From Ignavibacteria bacterium GWF2_33_9 (GTDB lineage: Bacteria; Bacteroidota; Ignavibacteria; Kapaibacteriales; UBA2268), in the NCBI GenBank assembly GCA_001804565.1, contig MHAC01000077.1:1-55851 (forward strand): a stretch of DNA of 55,851 nt, written 5' to 3'. The notes beneath the pieces were generated by a model. The model was given only the letters and a program-made list of their open reading frames with translations, made no database searches and was not told the DNA's origin. Positions 49,028 through 55,851 of this stretch are shown here, piece after piece. Each line of letters begins with the position of its first letter. The stretch's first letter is position 1. The translations under genes and the position numbers were made by a program.

Positions 49028-49795
49028 ATGAATTTTAATAATTATGACGAAAAACCATTTATGAGTTTTAGAATTCCTTGGGATAGGAATACTTATTTCT
49101 CATGGATAACTTCCGTAATAATTTTCCTGATACTTATATTTTTAATGAAATTATTCGATTTGAATCCTCCGCAGGAAATTGTTTTGCAGAAAAATGTTGT
49201 TCCGATTGAATTGCTCTATTTTGGCGATGGTGACGGAACCGGTGGGAACAAAGGAAATCTGACGGAAGAAGGACGCAAAGCAAAAGGACCGGAAACAACA
49301 AATCAATTGGAAGATGCAAGAATTGCTGCAGTGAGCAGTAACCGTAACACGTCGGACGTAAATCCCGAAGATGCTGCTTACTTGAGACCTTCAGGCAATC
49401 CTTCAAGTGACGAAAATCAGCAGGAAAGAGGTTCAGATTCACGTAGTATCGGTTCCGGCGATGGTGACGCTTTCGGTAGTGGTTTGGGAGAAAAAGGGTT
49501 TGGTTCAGGTTCAGGTCGTGGTTTTGGAGATATTGACTGGGGTGGAGGCGGTAATCGTGTTGTTCTCTTCAAAAAAGTTCCTCAATATCCTCCCGGAGTT
49601 GCTACTTCAGGTACAATTAAAATTCAGTTTACTGTACTGCAGGACGGAACAATAGACAAAATGTATCCGCTGGAAAAAGCAGATCCACGACTCGAAAGAG
49701 CTGCTATGGATGCGCTGAGACAATGGAGATTTAATAAAATTAGCGAAAATATAGTTCAAGTTGGAATTATTACTCTTACTTTCAAATTACGATAA
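49028..49795 (+). CDS. Energy transducer TonB family protein
   Basis: N-terminal TM; Gly/Ser-rich linker; TonB_C-like PQYP..GTIKIQFTVLQDG..AAMDALRQWRFN. Confidence 0.82.
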   Translation: MNFNNYDEKPFMSFRIPWDRNTYFSWITSVIIFLILIFLMKLFDLNPPQEIVLQKNVVPIELLYFGDGDGTGGNKGNLTEEGRKAKGPETTNQLEDARIAAVSSNRNTSDVNPEDAAYLRPSGNPSSDENQQERGSDSRSIGSGDGDAFGSGLGEKGFGSGSGRGFGDIDWGGGGNRVVLFKKVPQYPPGVATSGTIKIQFTVLQDGTIDKMYPLEKADPRLERAAMDALRQWRFNKISENIVQVGIITLTFKLR

Positions 49796-50034
49796 TCTTT
49801 ATACAACTCTTTTGGTGACTGATGGAAGGATTGATTGAATTTTTAACTACATTGCCCCTCACAGCTAAGATAGTACTGGGTTTTCTTGTGTTTGGAATAC
49901 TCTTTTCAATTCTAAAAAAATTCGTAAAATTCGCAATATTAATTGCAATTCTCATAATTTTGTTTCTTGTAATAATGAAACTTATGGCATTTTAATACAA
50001 ATTTTGTATTTTTACAATTAAATAAAGAAGACTT

Positions 50035-51366
50035 ATGTCAGGTAAAATTTCTGTTATTGGTACGGGATATGTAGGTATTGTATCCGGTACAACATTCGCA
50101 GCGCACGGCAATACTGTGTACTGTGTTGATAATAATTTAAACAAGCTGGAAACACTGAAAAAAGGTATTTCCCCAATTTTCGAACCAGGTTTGGATTGGC
50201 TTTTGAAGAAAAATTATGAAGAAAATCGCTTGATTTTCACTTCTGATTTGCTCGAAGCTGTGTCCAATACCGAAATGATTTTCCTATGTCTGCCAACTCC
50301 TCCAAATGAGGACGGGTCAGCGGATTTGCAGCATATTCTCGCTGTGACCGAAGATATTGCACGATTAATCCAAGATAATGATTTGCCGAGGAATAAGATT
50401 ATAGTTGATAAAAGCACTGTTCCTGTTGGGACCGGAGAAAAAGTGAAAGCAATTTTCGACAAGGTTTTGGGTCAGAACGAGATTGAAGTAGTGAGCAATC
50501 CTGAATTTTTACGTGAAGGTTTCGCAATCGAAGATGCAATGAAACCGGAAAGGGTTGTGATTGGTACCGAAAGCGAAAGGGTTAAGCAGGAAATGCGATT
50601 CCTCTACGAACCTTTTGTTCGAACCGGAAATCCTATAATTTTTATGGATGTTAAATCTGCGGAATTGACCAAATATGCAGCAAATTCATTCCTTGCAACG
50701 AAAATTTCCTTTATGAATGATTTAGCTCGTTATTGCGATGAAGTAGGTGCCGATATTGAATTGGTACGTCACGGAATAGGTTCAGATTCACGCATTGGCA
50801 ATCGTTTTCTTTTCCCCGGAGTTGGATATGGCGGAAGCTGTTTCCCGAAAGATGTGCGAGCACTCATGTATTCCACCGAAACTGCAGGAATGCCTCTCAA
50901 AATTTTGGAGGCAACTCATTTAGTGAATGAATCTCAAATATTTTATTTCTTCAGTAAGATTAAAGATAGATTCGAAAAGCTGAATGGACTGAAATTTGCA
51001 GTTTGGGGATTATCTTTTAAGCCGAATACTGACGATACTCGTGAATCCCCAGCATTCCGAATAATTGATTTACTGCTCAAAGAAGGTGCACAAATTGCTG
51101 CTTACGACCCGGAAGCGATTGATAATTCCAAATTGAAATATGGTACTGCCATCGAATTTGTAAAAGATCCTTATGATGTGTTGAAAGGCACTGATGCAGT
51201 ATTGCTCATTACAGAATGGGGGCTTTTCCGCCGACCAGATTTCGATAGAATGAAGGAATTGATGAAGCAAAAGATAATTTTTGATGGTCGCAATCAATTC
51301 GATTTGCAGGAAATTCAGAAAACCGGTTTCGAATATTATTCCATTGGCCGCAGAGCTGTTAAGTAA
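50035..51366 (+). CDS. ugd: UDP-glucose/GDP-mannose dehydrogenase
   Basis: GTGYVG, KSTVPVGT, SNPEFLREG, TKYAANSFLATKISF, GYGGSCFPKD and FKPNTDD motifs. Confidence 0.93.
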   Translation: MSGKISVIGTGYVGIVSGTTFAAHGNTVYCVDNNLNKLETLKKGISPIFEPGLDWLLKKNYEENRLIFTSDLLEAVSNTEMIFLCLPTPPNEDGSADLQHILAVTEDIARLIQDNDLPRNKIIVDKSTVPVGTGEKVKAIFDKVLGQNEIEVVSNPEFLREGFAIEDAMKPERVVIGTESERVKQEMRFLYEPFVRTGNPIIFMDVKSAELTKYAANSFLATKISFMNDLARYCDEVGADIELVRHGIGSDSRIGNRFLFPGVGYGGSCFPKDVRALMYSTETAGMPLKILEATHLVNESQIFYFFSKIKDRFEKLNGLKFAVWGLSFKPNTDDTRESPAFRIIDLLLKEGAQIAAYDPEAIDNSKLKYGTAIEFVKDPYDVLKGTDAVLLITEWGLFRRPDFDRMKELMKQKIIFDGRNQFDLQEIQKTGFEYYSIGRRAVK

Positions 51367-51378
51367 AGACAAGATTGC

Positions 51379-51407
51379 AAAAAAAGCCCAATTCGGGGCT
51401 TTTTTTT
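51379..51407. terminator. Bidirectional intrinsic terminator
   Basis: A7-gccc-aattcg-gggc-T8. Confidence 0.8.
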
Positions 51408-51563
51408 CGGTAAATTGGATGATTGAATACAACAATTTTGTCTTGTAAAATTCTGAATTAGAATCTCAAAACTGAAACTCAGACAAATGCACAATTAAAC
51501 CACTTCTTTTGATTAACCACTTGCCCATTTGAGATACACCTGTGCGGCAGGGGTTTAAGTTGT

Positions 51564-52013
51564 TTATTTGTATCTACTTTGTTTCATATATTTATAAAAT
51601 CCAATCAGAACAATTATGCATACTACAATCATACATAAGGCAAGAGATATGAGCAAGAAAGAAATCAGTCCTTCAATTGCTCCTTGACCATCTTGGCCGC
51701 CTGCTATTGGCATCATTTTGCCAAATCCGGTAGTTGCAGCAACTACTACTGCAGTTATATTTGAAAATGTTCCGTAAATCACCAGCCAGAAAGTTGTTCG
51801 TAGAAGTACTTCCGAAAGAATTAATCGTTTCCATATAAGTCCAAGAAGCATTACAAACATTCCGTTCATCACTCCTTCCAGATGTGCGGAAAGTGCCATA
51901 CGAGGATTTGCCATGTTTTGAATGAATAGTCCAATTAATAGACCAATCAGAAAAAGAATTAATCCTAGAAAAATTAATCTATCCGCTTGTCTTGTTTGAT
52001 TTTTGCCTTCCAT
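51564..52013 (-). CDS. Four-TM membrane protein, styrene-oxide isomerase (StyC)-like
   Basis: NPRMALSAHLEGVMNG resembles the StyC heme-ligand region (RAHSGPALNG); four hydrophobic helices. Confidence 0.55.
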   Translation of the reverse strand: MEGKNQTRQADRLIFLGLILFLIGLLIGLFIQNMANPRMALSAHLEGVMNGMFVMLLGLIWKRLILSEVLLRTTFWLVIYGTFSNITAVVVAATTGFGKMMPIAGGQDGQGAIEGLISFLLISLALCMIVVCIIVLIGFYKYMKQSRYK

Positions 52014-52019
52014 ATTTTT

Positions 52020-52556
52020 TTAGAGTTTAGTTAGTTCAAATAGTTTTAATACAGTTTTCCAATTCCTTGTGGTAGCTTCTGTATTTAATTTTTTCTCGAA
52101 AAAGTTGTTGGTATATTTTGTTAGGTGGTAATTACCTTGAATACGGAGGAACACATTTTTACCAACAATAATGAATTTGTCAGGTTCATAATTATAGGAC
52201 TTTGTTTTTTCTTCATTTTCTTTGGTTGACTTATTTTTCAAGAAAGTCAAAGCCAATCCGTCAATATCGGCATTGCCGTCAAAGAAAGGATTTCTATCAA
52301 TAGCATCTTGAAGTTCACTTGAACTCCTAATAATTACAGGGACATCGAATCCATATTTTCCCATAATCGCAATTTCAAGGCATTTTTCTAATTCAAAAAT
52401 ATCTTGATTAGAATTAAAAATTATATTACCGCTTTGAATGAATGTTTCCACCTGCTCCCATCCTAAATTCTCGCACAATAATTTCAATTCAGGCATCAAG
52501 ATAATCCTTTTTCCACCAACATTTATTCCTCTTAATAATGCGATTTTTTTGTTCAT
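52020..52556 (-). CDS. DUF1697 domain-containing protein
   Basis: IALLRGINVGG, VETFIQSGNIIF, FDVPVIIR and ATTRNWKTVLKL motifs. Confidence 0.9.
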   Translation of the reverse strand: MNKKIALLRGINVGGKRIILMPELKLLCENLGWEQVETFIQSGNIIFNSNQDIFELEKCLEIAIMGKYGFDVPVIIRSSSELQDAIDRNPFFDGNADIDGLALTFLKNKSTKENEEKTKSYNYEPDKFIIVGKNVFLRIQGNYHLTKYTNNFFEKKLNTEATTRNWKTVLKLFELTKL

Positions 52557-52578
52557 TTGTGTATTTTTTCTATTAGTA

Positions 52579-53628
52579 TCATTTAAGAATAGGCAACACC
52601 GATTCCCTGATAAATATTGGACCTATCTGTGGGGTGTTAAAGTTCCGCTCTGTTAAAGCGACTATTAGTCCGTATTCAGGAAAAATATAAAGCAACTGAC
52701 CTCCTGCACCTTCGGCTGATACAACGGTGGTCGTCTTACCCGAAGCCAGCACCATCTCTCTTATCCAATAGAAATATCCATAATAGCTGCTATCGAAATT
52801 TGTTGTAAAATACGGATGAGAAATTTTCTTAATATGATTTTCTGAAATAATTTGCTGATTCTCCCATTTTCCGCTGTTGAGCAGTAAAATTCCGGTTTTA
52901 AGCATATCGGAAGGCTTAAGGTACAGTCCCCCGCCGGCATGACAGAATCCAGTGGAATCTTTAATCCACCTATAGTCAGTTATTCCCAAAGGTTTAAATA
53001 AATAGATTTCTGCAAATTTATCCAATGACATTTTTGTTGCTTTTTCTATAATTCCTGCAATAATCATTGGACAGCCGCTGTTGTAGTTGAATCTTATAGA
53101 AGGCTTTTCTGCCATTGGGCGAGATAATGCATAATTCAGCCATTTACCGCTTCGGTACATTTTTATATTATCATTGAGGGGGTCTTCCAAAGAAATCATT
53201 TCTTCCCATTTAAAACCTGCTGACATTGTCAAAAGGTCTTTTATTGTAATACCTGATTTTAGGTTGTCTAATTTATTGAGATACTCAGGGAAATAATCAC
53301 AAACAAGGTCATTTTCACTTACAACAAATCCTTTATCAATGGCAATTCCCATTAAAAGAGATACAATGCTTTTTGTTTGAGACTGGATATGATGTAGGGA
53401 ATCTTTGTGAAAACCGTTGTAATACTTTTCGAACCGGATGATTCCGTCATAAAAAACAATTACACTTTCCACATTTTTAAAAAATTTTCTTGACTCATTT
53501 TCAATAAGCTTGTCTAAAGTTAGAATAACTGAATCAAGTTCAATATTTTCAATACTTTGTGATTTGATGTTTGAGGGTATCAAAATCAATATAAAAAAAA
53601 GAACATTTTTCATTTTATTAATTTTCAA
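52579..53628 (-). CDS. Serine hydrolase, class C beta-lactamase-like family
   Basis: SQTK (SxxK), LLTMSAG, FNYNSG, LFKPLGI, GGLYLKPSDM and AEGAGGQ motifs. Confidence 0.88.
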   Translation of the reverse strand: MKINKMKNVLFFILILIPSNIKSQSIENIELDSVILTLDKLIENESRKFFKNVESVIVFYDGIIRFEKYYNGFHKDSLHHIQSQTKSIVSLLMGIAIDKGFVVSENDLVCDYFPEYLNKLDNLKSGITIKDLLTMSAGFKWEEMISLEDPLNDNIKMYRSGKWLNYALSRPMAEKPSIRFNYNSGCPMIIAGIIEKATKMSLDKFAEIYLFKPLGITDYRWIKDSTGFCHAGGGLYLKPSDMLKTGILLLNSGKWENQQIISENHIKKISHPYFTTNFDSSYYGYFYWIREMVLASGKTTTVVSAEGAGGQLLYIFPEYGLIVALTERNFNTPQIGPIFIRESVLPILK

Positions 53629-53815
53629 TTATTCTTTGGAAGTTGCCTGTTTTATTGCACATTGCTCAGTTCTGAAAGCAATTGTGTTTTAAAAACTGCA
53701 AATTACAAAAAAATGTGGTAATAAATATTGATAATATTTTAACTATGCATTATATAGTTTTTAAATTGTTGTAATGAACATAAATGATGGTATATTACTC
53801 GAAATTGAAGTGAAT

Positions 53816-53842
53816 AAAAAAAGCCCCAAACGGGGCTTTTTT
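53816..53842. terminator. Intrinsic terminator downstream of cydB
   Basis: A7-gcccc-aaac-ggggc-T6. Confidence 0.82.
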
Positions 53843-53866
53843 GTCATTACATTTATAAGCAGCTAA

Positions 53867-54883
53867 TTAATAACTTGTTTCTTCGATTTTTGTTTTTCCT
53901 CGGAAAATTTTGTTAATCCATATTGTATAAGCAATTACAATAGGCATGCCGATTAAGGCTATAATAAGCATAACTGTTAATGTCTTTGAAGAGGAAGCAG
54001 CATTGTAAAGGTTCAAACTAAATTCCGGATTAATGGTGGATGGCACGAAATTCGGGAAAAGTCCTACTGCTAAAATTGTCATCAAAAGTACTGTCATTAT
54101 AAACGAATATGTGAAAGCTAATTTGAATTTTCCTTTATTCAAATGCTTTGGTAAAACAAGTGCCATCCCAAGTACTAAGACCGGCAATACATACCAAAGA
54201 GGAAATGCATTGAAATTTGCAGTCAAATCAGGAATGAAAATGAATGTTACTATTGTAGTCAAAATAAAGAGAATAAAGAATAACCAATACACTATCTTTC
54301 CAAATCCGAGTAAATTTGCATTCAGTTCATCGCTTGTTTTATTTAATGCAAAGAAAGTCCCATGCATAGTAAAAAGGGCAATAGTCAACAAACCTATCAA
54401 AATGGGGTATGGAGTGAGCAATTGGAATAAATTAATATGAATATTCATATCCTGACCTACCGGTAATCCCTGTGCAACATTACCCAATGCAACACCTAAC
54501 AGCAAAGCAAAAAGAAGTGACGAAATACCAAAAGTTATTTCCCAAGTTTTCATCCATGACTGAGATTCCACCTTACTACGAAATTCAAGAGATGAACCTC
54601 TTAATATCATAACCGAAAGTACTAACATTAATGCAAGGTAAAGTCCCGAAAAAACGGATGCATACACATGAGGGAATGCCGCAAATAGTGCACCGCCGCC
54701 GGTGATAAGCCATACTTCGTTTCCATCCCAAAGCGGGCCGATAGAATTCATTAATATTCTTTTATCTTCGGATTTCTTAGTGAAAAGAGAAGCGATACCG
54801 ACACCTAAATCAAAACCATCAAGAGCAGCATAACCTGTTAGCAATACAGTTACCAAAATAAACCAAATTATATTTAAATCCAT
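53867..54883 (-). CDS. cydB: Cytochrome bd ubiquinol oxidase subunit II
   Basis: LDGFDLGVG, IGPLWDGNEVWLITGGGALFAAFP, HG and AASSSKTL motifs. Confidence 0.96.
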   Translation of the reverse strand: MDLNIIWFILVTVLLTGYAALDGFDLGVGIASLFTKKSEDKRILMNSIGPLWDGNEVWLITGGGALFAAFPHVYASVFSGLYLALMLVLSVMILRGSSLEFRSKVESQSWMKTWEITFGISSLLFALLLGVALGNVAQGLPVGQDMNIHINLFQLLTPYPILIGLLTIALFTMHGTFFALNKTSDELNANLLGFGKIVYWLFFILFILTTIVTFIFIPDLTANFNAFPLWYVLPVLVLGMALVLPKHLNKGKFKLAFTYSFIMTVLLMTILAVGLFPNFVPSTINPEFSLNLYNAASSSKTLTVMLIIALIGMPIVIAYTIWINKIFRGKTKIEETSY

Positions 54884-54897
54884 TTCATTTCTCCTTA

Positions 54898-55851
54898 TTA
54901 ATTAGTTATTACTTCGTCAGGTCCGTGCTTGACTTTTTTGATGAACAGATAAATGTAAATCGAACCTAATAACAAATAAATCAAAGTGAAAAGAATAATT
55001 GATAAGATTACTTCTCCACTTGTTAACACCTGAGAAAAAGCATCTTTTGTTTTCAACAAACCGTAAACAATCCAGGGTTGACGACCAACTTCAGCCGAAA
55101 TCCAGCCAACCTGAATTGCAATCTGAGGCAGAATGAATGACCATATCGATAGTTTGAGGAACCATTTAGGACCCTCAAAATTATATTTTCTCCAAATATA
55201 GATTAGGACAAATCCATACAAGATAAAAAACATTCCCAAAGCTACCATTAGGTGATAGGTTTGGAAAACTAATTGCAATGGTGGTCTATCCTCTTTAGGA
55301 ATGTCATTTAAACCGGTGAGACTTGTTTGAGTATTGAAATCAACCAACCACGATAACAAACCGGGAATCTTGATTCCATAAGTAACACCTTTTTCTTCAT
55401 CAGTCCAGCCTACTAAATTCAAATCACCGGGACCGGTTTGCCAATGCCCTTCGAAAGCTGCAAGTTTTGAAGGTTGATAATTAGCAACACCAATTGCACT
55501 TGCATGTCCTGAGGTTAACTGCAATAATGAAGTAACTAAAATCATAATTGCTGCAATTTTCATTCCGGGAATTGCCATATTCAAATGCTTTTTCTTTAAC
55601 ATAAAATATGAATTAACAGAAAGGAAAAGGAACGATGCTGCAATCCAGGAAGAAACGATCACGTGTGTGTAGCGTTCCAACGTGGAAGGATTGAAAGCCA
55701 TAGCCCAGAAATCCGTAATTTCAGCTCGCAAAAAACCATTAGTAGTAACAACATGAAAACCTGCAGGAGTTTGCATCCAGGAATTTGCGATTATAATCCA
55801 AAGTCCTGAAAGATGAGCCCCGAAGGCAACCATAATTGTAGCAAAAAAATG
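54898..55851 (-). CDS. cydA: Cytochrome bd ubiquinol oxidase subunit I (5' end outside the window)
   Basis: WIIIANSWMQTPAG, QPSKLAAFEGHW, YHLMV and GWISAEVGRQPWIVYG motifs; the frame is open to the window edge. Confidence 0.95.
   Translation of the reverse strand, partial: HFFATIMVAFGAHLSGLWIIIANSWMQTPAGFHVVTTNGFLRAEITDFWAMAFNPSTLERYTHVIVSSWIAASFLFLSVNSYFMLKKKHLNMAIPGMKIAAIMILVTSLLQLTSGHASAIGVANYQPSKLAAFEGHWQTGPGDLNLVGWTDEEKGVTYGIKIPGLLSWLVDFNTQTSLTGLNDIPKEDRPPLQLVFQTYHLMVALGMFFILYGFVLIYIWRKYNFEGPKWFLKLSIWSFILPQIAIQVGWISAEVGRQPWIVYGLLKTKDAFSQVLTSGEVILSIILFTLIYLLLGSIYIYLFIKKVKHGPDEVITN

Noticed and set aside
49796-50034. JUMPstart/ops element upstream of ugd
   Set aside because: No ggcggtag-like core found, and ugd is not followed by a polysaccharide cluster.
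52579-53628. Calling the serine hydrolase an AmpC resistance gene
   Set aside because: It has SxxK but YNS and AEG in place of the AmpC YxN and KTG motifs; this fits the broader esterase/amidase-like family.
53630-53866. cydX/cydS small subunit downstream of cydB
   Set aside because: The terminator follows within about 25 bp of the cydB stop, and no short hydrophobic ORF with a start is present.
1257-54440. Numerous 60-150 aa ORFs in the track that overlap long genes (e.g. 1257-1595, 4415-4875, 14835-15227, 20700-21095, 40513-40734, 51070-51435, 54033-54440)
   Set aside because: Antisense or off-frame shadows of well-supported CDSs with no family motifs.

Overview
Low-GC bacterial chromosome segment from the FCB superphylum. 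By inference it is Ignavibacteria/Ca. Kapabacteria-like, based on T9SS porU-porV, a PD40 plus double OmpA protein, and TAnnTTTG promoter-like boxes. It is mostly housekeeping (pyrE, pyrG, nadAC, queDF, xseAB, ssb, ppa, rsmB, metG, ugd, cydAB) and envelope/proteolysis genes (M28, S46, S9 and M16 peptidases, FKBP, beta-barrels, a TPR-barrel-SPOR-TonB operon). Two small accessory blocks stand out. The first (about 25.0-27.2 kb) is an AT-rich insert with a structured attC-like leader, a 70-aa ORF overlapping an SDH-family ClpP-fold protease, and a small CxxC zinc-finger ORF; this is the best candidate for an undescribed system. The second (51.4-53.8 kb) is a three-gene block bracketed by near-identical hairpins. 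Other oddities are an 11-Cys insertion in the S9 peptidase, a secreted protein ending in a TWGxIK tail, and a REP-like palindrome cluster at the left edge. No rRNA, tRNA, CRISPR array, integrase or intact transposase was recognised. All calls come from motif reading by eye, without database searches.
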